Shown here piece after piece: positions 1 through 8,606 of a stretch of 64,000 bases of DNA. The translations under genes were made by a program, and so were the position numbers. Below the pieces are notes generated by a model. That model did no database searches, had not been told where the DNA came from, and worked only from the letters and a program-made list of their open reading frames with translations. The stretch's first letter is position 1. Each line of letters opens with the position of its first letter. Source of the DNA: Abditibacterium sp. (GTDB lineage Bacteria; Armatimonadota; Abditibacteriia; Abditibacteriales; Abditibacteriaceae); contig CBDASK010000003.1 in the NCBI GenBank assembly GCA_965199495.1, positions 512,001-576,000 of the forward strand, written 5' to 3'.

Positions 1-46
1 TTCGCTCATCACGAGCGACAACTAAAATTTCAAGTGGGAATTTCAT
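1..46 (-). CDS. 5' end of a divergent gene cut by the window edge (MKFPLEILVVARDER...)
   Basis: ATG at 46-44 on the minus strand, GAGGTG RBS (complement of 51-56), frame open to the window edge. Confidence 0.45.
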   Translation of the reverse strand, partial: MKFPLEILVVARDER

Positions 47-346
47 GACACACCTCATAAAGTGGAAGTAGCGTTGATGACCAGAAATCGTCACCAACGC
101 GCTTACACTGAGGCGACATGCCGAGCAGTAACATCCGACTCAAAAGTTACTAATTTTTGATGATACTCTTTTTTGCTAAAAAAGCAAGACTCTGGGATTT
201 AAATCCAAACTATTTAAGTCAGCGGTAATGATGTAGTGACTTGAGAATACTGCTGTCTGTTCGGTGGACTCAAATTCAATCATACTGCCAAGAGCAAAAA
301 ACAGAAGGCGAATTGTCTCTCAAATTGCGTTTACAGCAGCTTCTTA

Positions 347-1243
347 TTGGTTTTTATGCCGGAGTCAACACGCATCATTTCTATCCCCAACGTGCTGGGC
401 GCAGATTACTCTTCTATCGAACGATTTTACGACAAGATTATTGCGGCACCCTCAGCGAAACAATACAAAATCGATCTCCATCACGTCTCCTTTATGGTGC
501 CTTATGGAGTAGTAGCCCTTGTTAATGGCGTCCGTTTGCTCCGCAGCCGCAGCAAAAATGGAGTCGAGTTAATCAATATTCAACCCCAAGTGCATTCGTA
601 TTTGGAGCGCGTTGACTTCTTCGCCGACGCATTCAATTCTGGCTTTTGTAAATGTGATCCTGAAAATATATGGGGGCGGAGTGGCAATAGTATGACAATT
701 TTGGAGCTTAAACTCCTTCATGATGAAGAGACTCTTGATACGGTAACCCGACGTGCCAGAACTATATTTACAAGCCATATAGGAAAAACGGCGGGTGCCC
801 TTGTTGTAATGGTTCTCAGCGAGTTATGCACCAACGTGTTGCTGCACAGCGGTGACTTGTTGGGCACGATTCTTATTCAGAAATGTTCTCTCCCACATGA
901 TCCTCATTCGATCTGTGTGCGCGTTGCTGTCGGCGATTTAGGATGTGGCATCAAAACAACACTGGAGCGCAAACATTCACACTTGAATAATCCCGCGCGG
1001 GCGATCAAAGCCGCTTTTGATGGTGTTTCCAGCCGTGATTCGGAGAGAAGTGCCCTGGGATTGAGAAGCGTCGCTCAGTTGGCTGCCGAACGCGGTGGAC
1101 ATATTTGGATCAGATCAGAAAATGCAGCTTTGTTGCACAGTTCCTATTCTCCCGAACGGATTTCCAGAGTAAGTTACGTTCCAGGAACTCAAGTTGCGGT
1201 CGAATTCCACGCCCCTGTAGACGACAAGATAGTGATTGGTTGA
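347..1243 (+). CDS. STAS-like + GHKL/HATPase (anti-sigma-factor-type Ser kinase; CapK-like)
   Basis: N-terminal IDLHHVSFMVPYG STAS-like motif; N box ELCTNVLLHS, G1 DLGCGI, G2-like ALGL, C-terminal GTQV. Confidence 0.8.
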   Translation: MVFMPESTRIISIPNVLGADYSSIERFYDKIIAAPSAKQYKIDLHHVSFMVPYGVVALVNGVRLLRSRSKNGVELINIQPQVHSYLERVDFFADAFNSGFCKCDPENIWGRSGNSMTILELKLLHDEETLDTVTRRARTIFTSHIGKTAGALVVMVLSELCTNVLLHSGDLLGTILIQKCSLPHDPHSICVRVAVGDLGCGIKTTLERKHSHLNNPARAIKAAFDGVSSRDSERSALGLRSVAQLAAERGGHIWIRSENAALLHSSYSPERISRVSYVPGTQVAVEFHAPVDDKIVIG

Positions 1244-1280
1244 CGCGCAGTGGCTCAAATTGTAACCTTCACTATCGGTC

Positions 1281-1299
1281 TTAACTTAACCTAAGTTAA
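1281..1299. promoter_or_regulatory. candidate operator, inverted repeat TTAACTTA-acc-TAAGTTAA
   Basis: perfect 8-bp arms in an AT-rich spacer 18 nt before the STAS-wHTH gene. Confidence 0.5.
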
Positions 1300-1316
1300 A
1301 TCTACTAAATTTCAAT

Positions 1317-1934
1317 ATGCAACATCGAGTAATGGCAGAGTTAGCGAAGTCTGCGGGACAAGACCCTCACCTTTTGTTAAGGCGACCACGCGGGCAAGCG
1401 ATCTATCCTCACATAAAAGCGGCACTGCGCGGCATTGACAAAGGGGAATTGTTGTTGCTCTCTTTTTCGGAAGATCAGGATTGCGATCCGTCGTTTGTAG
1501 ATGAAACTCTCGTTAAGTTAGCACAGCAGTTGATAAAGGGAGAATTTGGCGAGAGAGGTCTGGCACTCACCGGTCTTAACGAAGGTATCAGCTTAAGTCT
1601 GGCAAGCACTCTGACGTTGCGGCGCGATGACGCGCGCAAAAGTAAAGAAGATTTCAAAATTAATTTCTTCATATTTGACAACGCGCCTTCATCGGGCCAT
1701 TTGCCCGCAGAAGGTTGGAAAATCGCAGGTCAGTTAGAGCAGAGTTTGGAAGAGGTTCTGAATCTATTGTCGCGTAGAGAATCTTTGACCGCCGCTGATT
1801 TGGTCGAGGAACTTGGTTTAGAAATTAGTTCGGCCAGTATGCGCCTGAAGCGTTTACATGAGCGCCACTTGGTGCGGCGGCAGTATCAAACGCTCTCAAC
1901 TGGCAGAGAGTTTGTCTACAGCTTCTGGCTTTAA
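1317..1934 (+). CDS. STAS (DUF4325-like) + winged-helix transcriptional regulator (CapS-like)
   Basis: DPSFVDE STAS phospho-Ser-like motif; C-terminal LTAADLVEELGLEISSASMRLKRLHERHLVRR...GREFVY wHTH. Confidence 0.8.
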   Translation: MQHRVMAELAKSAGQDPHLLLRRPRGQAIYPHIKAALRGIDKGELLLLSFSEDQDCDPSFVDETLVKLAQQLIKGEFGERGLALTGLNEGISLSLASTLTLRRDDARKSKEDFKINFFIFDNAPSSGHLPAEGWKIAGQLEQSLEEVLNLLSRRESLTAADLVEELGLEISSASMRLKRLHERHLVRRQYQTLSTGREFVYSFWL

Positions 1935-2047
1935 ATTCGGCGGAACCAGACTTAACCCAATCCGTGTTAAGTGTAGATTTTAGCATAAACCTAACTAAAA
2001 CTCGCGCAGTGAAGTTACGACTGTGACACGCCCCTTCCCAATTAAAA

Positions 2048-2956
2048 ATGAAACACAAAAACGAAAAAATCGAGATTACCGTTGACGGAATCTCCTACAA
2101 AATCAGCGAAGTTGAACCGACCGGTCGAAAGATTTTCGAGACCATAGGAAAAAAGCCTGACACGTATTTGCTCTCTCTCATCGTTGCCGATGCCCCAGAC
2201 CGTTTGCATGACGCGTATGAGACGATTGACCTCAGCAATCCTGCCAATCGGCATTTCAACCTCATCGAAAAAGCGCGCCATTATGCTTTTCGGGTGGACG
2301 AGCAATCGTTGGATACGACTAACCCAAATATCACGGGCCGCGAGTTGCTGAAGATGGTGGGCAAATCTCCGCAAACGCATCAGCTTACGTTTCAGATCAT
2401 CGGCCAGTCGGATGTGTTCGTTGAGGCGGACGAATCCGCCGAATTGGAACGTTCTGGGCGCGAGCAGTTTTTCACGGTGTTGAGGAAACCGCTCACGATT
2501 ACCATTGATGGCGCCTCCTATCAACCTGGCGTCATTGAAATCAGTGGGGACAAACTGCGTCATTTGGTGACGCCGCCAATTTTCGAGACCAAGGATTTGT
2601 GGTTTGACGTGCCAGGCAAAGAAGATTTGCTGGTGAAGTCCGGTGACACCATCGCCCTCAAAGATGGCATGGCTTTTTACAGCGCAGCGCGTGCGGGACT
2701 GACGCTGACGTTCGTGGTCAACGGCGCTTCGACGGAAGTATCGGTCAAGCCCAAGGATATTCTGAGAGATGCCGCGATAGAAGCGTTAAAAGCCACCGGA
2801 AACGATCAGGGGCGCCCCATCGAAGAATGGGATTTGAAGGACAGCGACGGTGTCGTGATCGACATGAGCAGCAAAGTCGAAACGCACGGATTTACGTCCG
2901 CGACGAGGCTCTATCTCAGTCCCAAAATCGGCGCGGGAGGCAGCGATGAATTTTAA
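2048..2956 (+). CDS. bilA: multi-ubiquitin-like protein (3 Multi_ubiq-like + DUF2604-like Ubl)
   Basis: three I/F-x-V/I-D...TG/SG-x-x-L/I beta-grasp repeats, then VVNG...WDLKD...LYLSPKIGAGG with an SDEF tail; first gene of an E2-JAB-E1 operon. Confidence 0.85.
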   Translation: MKHKNEKIEITVDGISYKISEVEPTGRKIFETIGKKPDTYLLSLIVADAPDRLHDAYETIDLSNPANRHFNLIEKARHYAFRVDEQSLDTTNPNITGRELLKMVGKSPQTHQLTFQIIGQSDVFVEADESAELERSGREQFFTVLRKPLTITIDGASYQPGVIEISGDKLRHLVTPPIFETKDLWFDVPGKEDLLVKSGDTIALKDGMAFYSAARAGLTLTFVVNGASTEVSVKPKDILRDAAIEALKATGNDQGRPIEEWDLKDSDGVVIDMSSKVETHGFTSATRLYLSPKIGAGGSDEF

Positions 2957-3539
2957 AGATGCAGTTGTTGACCCCGCAGTTTCGCGCGTCAAATTCGAGC
3001 GCGAAGTCGCGTTGTATCGAGAGAACAGCGACGATTACATCGCGCGCGGATGGTGGTTGGTGAAAGCGGAATTTCCACAAGTTTTGGTGATTTTCGGAAA
3101 GCCTGGTATTTCGCCCACTGTGGCGCCTATTGGTGCTTTGATTGACTTCTCCAACTACGACGCATGGCCGCCCTCAGTTCAGTTAGTGAATCCGTTCACA
3201 CAAGTGCCATTCAAAACTAACGAAGTTCCGATTCCTCCATTGATGAAGTTTCACAAGTCAGACAATCCCAACGGCCCTCAGCATGAAAATTTGCTTCAAA
3301 CGCAAGGGCCAGAAGCGATTCCGTTTATCTGCGTTCCTGGCATCCGCGAGTATCACGAGCATCCGGCTCATTCGGGAGATTCGTGGTTTGTTCATCGCAA
3401 AAGAGGCGAAGGCACTCTTTACTTTATCCTTAATTTACTCAACACATACGGCATCGGCGCCATAACAGGCTTCAGCTTCAACTTACAAATCCAAGTGGGA
3501 CTTCAAGGCCCCAATACAGTGGACGAGATACCAAGATGA
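2946..3539 (+). CDS. bilB: E2-like conjugating enzyme (CEHH metal-binding type)
   Basis: DFSNYDAWPPSV E2-like motif and FICVPGIREYHEHPAHSGDSW; overlaps the upstream Ubl stop. Confidence 0.85.
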   Translation: MNFKDAVVDPAVSRVKFEREVALYRENSDDYIARGWWLVKAEFPQVLVIFGKPGISPTVAPIGALIDFSNYDAWPPSVQLVNPFTQVPFKTNEVPIPPLMKFHKSDNPNGPQHENLLQTQGPEAIPFICVPGIREYHEHPAHSGDSWFVHRKRGEGTLYFILNLLNTYGIGAITGFSFNLQIQVGLQGPNTVDEIPR

Positions 3540-4135
3540 CGGGACTACTTCATATTACTCGCGTGATTGTGCCGCACGACAAGGCCGAAGCCGCCCATTT
3601 GCATCTGCGTAAAATTGGGCATCAGGGTTCCGAAGCGGTGGCGCTCTGGGTTGGTGTCGTCCGCGAGAACAATTTTGAAGTGCGCGAAACCATTATTCCC
3701 AAACAGACGCCGCAACGCACGCCAACGGGCATCTTGTTCACCGTTAGCCCTCAAGAATTGCACCGCATCAATGTCTGGCTTCACGAGAACGAGATGCAAA
3801 TTATCGCGCAATTGCACAGCCATCCTCAAGAGGCTTACCACTCCGAACTGGATGATGAATTGCCGTTGGCGACGACGGTGGGCTGTTTATCTCTGGTCAT
3901 TCCAAACTTCGCCCGCGATCCTTTTTCTCTGCGCCGTTGCGCCATTTACCGGCTAATTCCCGATCAAGGCTGGACTCAACTCAGTCCCGCCGAAACCGCA
4001 CGCTTAATTACCGTAAGAGCGGAAAAGCCTGAGCAAATCTCCGATAATCAGCCTTCGTCTCGCTCCAAAACTCCGCCGCCAAAGCAACATAAAACATTAT
4101 GGGACTGGCTCCATTTTTTCAAAAAGCGGCCTTAG
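3536..4135 (+). CDS. bilC: JAB/MPN metallopeptidase (deubiquitinase)
   Basis: N-terminal Glu (SEAVALW) and HSHP-x4-HSELD JAMM motif; ATGA coupling to bilB. Confidence 0.9.
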   Translation: MTGLLHITRVIVPHDKAEAAHLHLRKIGHQGSEAVALWVGVVRENNFEVRETIIPKQTPQRTPTGILFTVSPQELHRINVWLHENEMQIIAQLHSHPQEAYHSELDDELPLATTVGCLSLVIPNFARDPFSLRRCAIYRLIPDQGWTQLSPAETARLITVRAEKPEQISDNQPSSRSKTPPPKQHKTLWDWLHFFKKRP

Positions 4136-5652
4136 CTGGCTCACACCTACTGCGCGATTTCGAGTTCGATGCGTTCTCGCGCCTGCTCCTGGCGCAGACG
4201 GTTCGCGTCGCGTTTGATGCCGAAGCTCTTCGCTCCCGCGAAGGGTTGGTAACTCTTGAACTCACCGTCAATTTGTTGGCGCGCCTCTATCCGCGCTTGG
4301 CACTAACGCCGCTTGAGTCGGTCGAATCAGAGGTTCTTAACCGATTGATGTCGCTGGCGCGTTCGATTAATCCTGCTATTGATTTCACAACGGCAAGCGA
4401 TTCGGCGACTGTTTGTATCGTTATCGGCTCTACTCGGCTTACGGGCGAGGCGCCCACGATTTACGTTGGCTCCGACAACTGGATTACCGCACTCTCGACC
4501 TCATCTCCGGTCGGAAGTGGCGATTCCGACAACCCGTTTGGCGCCGCCGCTGCCGCTTGCTTTGGCGTCGCCAAGGTATTCCGAACGACCTTTGCCGATC
4601 AGTTGGTTGGCGTGACTTGGGAAGAAAATTGGAAGATTTCACTTCTCAATATAGATGACAGAACCGAGCTTTTCAATCCGCCTACAAAAGATGTTGATAT
4701 GGGAGAATGTCATTTGGTGGGAGTAGGTGCGATTGGCAACGCTGCCGTTTGGGCGTTGGCGCGCGCGCCATTCTTGAAGGGAACACTGCACCTAATAGAC
4801 AATGAGGAAGTTGACGATACCAATCCTCAGCGATACGTTCTCACGGGCGTTGCGGATGCGGGAACAAGCAAGGTTGTTCTGGCACAACGCGCTCTAAAAG
4901 GGTCTCAATTAGAGGTTTGTCCGCACGCGCTTTCTTGGGGAGAGTATTTGAAAGAGCGGGACAATTGGCATTTAGACCGCGTGGCTGTTGCGCTGGACAC
5001 ACCGGAAGATCGCCGCCTGGTTCAAACCGCTCTGCCTCGATGGATCGTCAATGCCTGGACGCAGCCTGATGACCTGGGGATTTCGAGGCACGGATTTGCA
5101 AATGGTCAAGCCTGTTTAATGTGCCTGTATATGCCCGAAGGAACGGTGCCCGACGTGGACGATCAGATTGTAAGTTCCCTCAATCTGCCCGATGATATGG
5201 AGACGTTACAGGCGGTGCGGCGTCTTCTGGTGACGGAAGAACCAATTGGCATGGATTGGGTTAGGCGAATTGCTACGGCGAACAAAGTAGAAATCGAACG
5301 ATTGACGGATCTACAGAATTTGCCGATACGGAGCTTTTATCAAAAAACAGTTTGTGGCGGCGTCTTACTTTCGCTTGGCGCGGATGTCGGCACAGCTCCG
5401 CGCAACACCGAAGTGCCAATGGCTTTTCAATCTGCTCTGGCCGGAATTCTTCTGGCAACCGAACTCGTCGCGCACTCCGCCGGACTGAAAAGCGACTTCA
5501 ATCATGTGACCACGAAGCTTAATTTGCTGAGACCGCTGGGATGCGATTTATCTCTTCCCGCACCTCAACATCCTTCGGGCAAATGTATATGTCAGGACGA
5601 GGATTACATCAAAGTATACGAAGACAAATATGGCGAGCGGGAGCAATTCTAA
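4099..5652 (+). CDS. bilD: E1-like ThiF adenylating enzyme with N-terminal inactive/E2-like domain
   Basis: GVGAIG nucleotide loop, TNPQRY, CLMC and CIC Zn ligands, candidate catalytic Cys in TVCGG. Confidence 0.88.
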   Translation: MGLAPFFQKAALAGSHLLRDFEFDAFSRLLLAQTVRVAFDAEALRSREGLVTLELTVNLLARLYPRLALTPLESVESEVLNRLMSLARSINPAIDFTTASDSATVCIVIGSTRLTGEAPTIYVGSDNWITALSTSSPVGSGDSDNPFGAAAAACFGVAKVFRTTFADQLVGVTWEENWKISLLNIDDRTELFNPPTKDVDMGECHLVGVGAIGNAAVWALARAPFLKGTLHLIDNEEVDDTNPQRYVLTGVADAGTSKVVLAQRALKGSQLEVCPHALSWGEYLKERDNWHLDRVAVALDTPEDRRLVQTALPRWIVNAWTQPDDLGISRHGFANGQACLMCLYMPEGTVPDVDDQIVSSLNLPDDMETLQAVRRLLVTEEPIGMDWVRRIATANKVEIERLTDLQNLPIRSFYQKTVCGGVLLSLGADVGTAPRNTEVPMAFQSALAGILLATELVAHSAGLKSDFNHVTTKLNLLRPLGCDLSLPAPQHPSGKCICQDEDYIKVYEDKYGEREQF

Positions 5653-5653
5653 T

Positions 5654-6181
5654 CTACCCGATGAGGTGAAACAGCAGTAGAAATATAGCCAGCACGCCAA
5701 GTGGCGCCATAAGCACCTCTTCGGCCAATGATCCAGTGGTAAAGCGAAGCCTCTTTGGTAGTAAATAGAACCGATCTGCCTTGGGGTAAAGTAAACGAAT
5801 GCCGCTCTTGGTGGCTGAATCGCCAAGCAAATGACTGGCGTAGCCCAGTAATAAAGCAACGACAGGTGCCCATCCCACCCAAATCATGAGTGGAGCAACA
5901 AACACAGCCATCATGCCTAATCCCCAAAGCGAGTGCAACAATCCACGATGCTGGTTAGTGCTATGGACAACTTGTGCAGGCAAGAGAAATGGCTTAAACG
6001 TAGTGCCAGGAAATTTCAGATGTTTAATTTTCGATTCCGAAGCATCGAGATCAGGCAGAAGAGCACCCAAAGCAGCACAAGCAGCCAAGGTGCCCATGTC
6101 ATATCCGAGAACTTCTGGCGGCAACAATGAGAGCAACCAGAGCGTATTGACTCCGAGCAATGCGTGTGTAGGCCACGTCAT
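5654..6181 (-). CDS. YdjM-like inner-membrane metal-dependent hydrolase (copy 1)
   Basis: MTWPTH...GALLPDLD...HRGLLHS...GYASHLLGD motifs; start moved to ATG 6181 with AAGGAAG RBS. Confidence 0.85.
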   Translation of the reverse strand: MTWPTHALLGVNTLWLLSLLPPEVLGYDMGTLAACAALGALLPDLDASESKIKHLKFPGTTFKPFLLPAQVVHSTNQHRGLLHSLWGLGMMAVFVAPLMIWVGWAPVVALLLGYASHLLGDSATKSGIRLLYPKADRFYLLPKRLRFTTGSLAEEVLMAPLGVLAIFLLLFHLIG

Positions 6182-6301
6182 ATCACTTCCTTTTCGTTTT
6201 TGAACGGAAATTCTGCTCCGTTTATAGGCCAAAGCTGAATGTTTTTAGTCATGGCGATGAGTTATTTCCAAGTGCTTTACTCTTAAGAACCTGCGACGCG
6301 A

Positions 6302-6409
6302 ACGCTCGCGCTAAGAACTTGAGCTATCTCGCCAACCGCCAATTGAATGCGGTAAATTAATGGTTCGAAATTACGAGGGCGCGGCCAGAATAACCGAACA
6401 AAAACCGAA
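6302..6409 (-). repeat. conserved junction element copy 1 (att-like; orphan C-terminal peptide, stop at 6283-6285)
   Basis: ungapped alignment to 44003-44110 and 48757-48864; invariant CCAGAATAACCGAACAAA. Confidence 0.9.
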
Positions 6410-7204
6410 TATTAGTCCAATTTGCTTAATGGGATAAGTCGCGCTCGTCCTGCGTAAGTCTTATTTCTAATCTGAATAGGCGTCAAAGCCCAGTAGTCTG
6501 TGAATGGTAATCGGGCAACTCTGCAGAGTTTTTACGAAAGATTTCAGGGTATCTTTAGTGCCATCTACAGAAGGCACATTAATGCTAATATAATACGTCC
6601 GACATGACAATTGATACGGTTAAAGTTGTAAAAACCGAATCCGTAATGGAGATTAGCCTTCATCTTCTAGTTAATGGTATATTTTAGTATTATTTTCCTA
6701 AGAAGCTGTTAGCACGCTCGACTATTTTGTTGGCTTTGCGCGTGTAGGGGCGCTTTTGGCGATGCTCAATTGCGCTATTATTACATAATTGTTGAAAATC
6801 CAGACTTTTTTGCTGCCGTAGATGCCCGTGGCTTGGAGACAAACGTGAACCTTGCTTATCTCTGGCGGGGTCATTTCTGCTGAATCTAACTCGCGATTTA
6901 CTGGTGAGTATTGGGAGTGTTATCAAACCTCTTGTGGCGTGCTTTGGTAGCGTTTTGCGTGGGCAAAACAATGAATCTCAAGATGTTTTCCTTCGCAAAG
7001 CTCAGCCCTTTCTCTCTCTGGTAAGGGATTAGGGAATTCCAAATCTATGATGTTTTCCCCAATGGCTTCGCCGTTGCGCTCATTCCCGTTGTAAGCAGTG
7101 GGGGCACTCTAAGCGGTTCTTGTAGAAACTTCCTCATATAGCCGGGATTTCTGTCGAAAAGGCGGATATTTTTACAGAACTTTCACTTATTTAAACTTTT
7201 TGGT

Positions 7205-7894
7205 GTGCATTCTACATCCGAAACGGTTGCCCACTCACACTTAACGCCCGCCCAAAGACGGTTGACTATTCGCCTGATTTAAGCGCGTGAGCGAGCCGGA
7301 CTTCCGCGCTCTGGAGTGGCGGAGCGCACGGACTTTTCGCCGCAGGAAATCGAAGACGTTGAGACCGGAAGGCGCTTGCTCTATATGTGGTGCCGCGCGG
7401 TAGACGCTCCGCTTGCCGAGTTCGTTCGAGAGTTCGATGTGACCCCAAGCGCCCAGGAAGCGCAAGAGATGGCCGATTCGCAAAACACCTCATCGGGTGT
7501 TCCTAATGCACTTTGCGCCCTGCCCGAACTGCTGATGGTTGAAAACGCGCGCCAATCCATTAAGCATACCATTGAGGTGCCCTTGGGCATAACAAAGGTG
7601 CGCGCCTTTGTCACCGGCGACCCGACAACGCTTGGATTATCGGTTGCCGCCAGCACGGGGGCAATTGCGCCCGGGGCCGATAAACACGGCGAATGCACGC
7701 TGCTCTACCCGACCGCCGGGTTTATAGTGGTGGCCAGAGCGTTCGAGGGCGCTCTGGTGGCTCAGTCGGCGTTGCAACTGCAACTGGAGCTTGTCCTTGA
7801 CCGCTTTACACCCCAGCTCTCGCACGAAGCGGTCGAGAAAATCATGAGCGCGCATCCTGGTGGAGCTGCGTGGATGGCGGATTGCAACGACTAA
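7205..7894 (+). pseudogene. XRE-family HTH regulator with in-frame stop (TAA 7280-7282) and unknown C-terminal domain
   Basis: RLI*ARERAGLPRSGVAERTDFSPQEIEDVETGRR reads as a classic XRE HTH in frame with ORF 7316. Confidence 0.7.
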
Positions 7895-7933
7895 GGGTGA
7901 CAAGATGAAGGCGTAGAGCAAAGCCATGTTTCA

Positions 7934-8242
7934 TCAAATCACCTCATAGTTTTTGGTAGAGCCGTAGTGAACGTAAGTCTTTTGGACTTCACCGATCCAG
8001 AACAGTTCTTGCGCAGGCTTTCCCGTTTTTGACAACAAATTCAGTTCTTTGGCCAAGATATAAAATCTGGGGCCGGAAGCATTATCGATTTTGCTAACCA
8101 CCAAAGCGCTGGATAAGAAACCGAAGCGAGTCTGACTACAGGAGGAGATGTAATGCAAGTATTCGCCCATCAATGCCGTGAACTCTCGGCGTTGCTTCCC
8201 TGCTCTCGTGCAGCAAGGAGGCGAGCGGCCACAAACATTCAA
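7934..8242 (-). pseudogene. hypothetical protein fragment
   Basis: C-terminal half is protein-like (LSSALVVSK...FYILAKEL...FWIGEVQK); the 5' part is doubtful. Confidence 0.35.
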
Positions 8243-8606
8243 TCAGAATTGAACGATAAACGCCGGTTTTGCCGCCGCGCCCCTCTTCGGGCGGCGAAAG
8301 CGTAATCCCAGATGATCGAGATATTTTGGCATGAATGGCCCGATTTTTAATCAGATTGAGCGGCCCGTGACTCGCGGTCCAGATAAATACCGGCTAAAAC
8401 ACCAAGATTGTCGATAACATTGAGTTCCTGATACACGAAACCGATGCTCAGCGCAATGGAATCTTTCACATCGGCGATCTTTACCGGCGTTTAGTCCACC
8501 CAAATCTGGCCAAGCAAGAGTTGAAAGGTTTTATTGAATTTGAGATTAAAAGAGAAATTTCTGCCATTCGGGAGAGCGAGGCAGTTCAACGAGTCAGCAA
8601 ACATCT

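Noticed and set aside
2048..5652. CBASS Cap2/Cap3 or ThiF/MoeB sulfur-transfer operon
   Set aside because: There is no CD-NTase, effector or thiamine/molybdopterin gene; separate Ubl, CEHH-E2, JAB and E1 genes fit Bil.
6690..6971. 93-aa ORF as a real gene
   Set aside because: It has no motif or RBS support and lies in an AT-rich decayed spacer.
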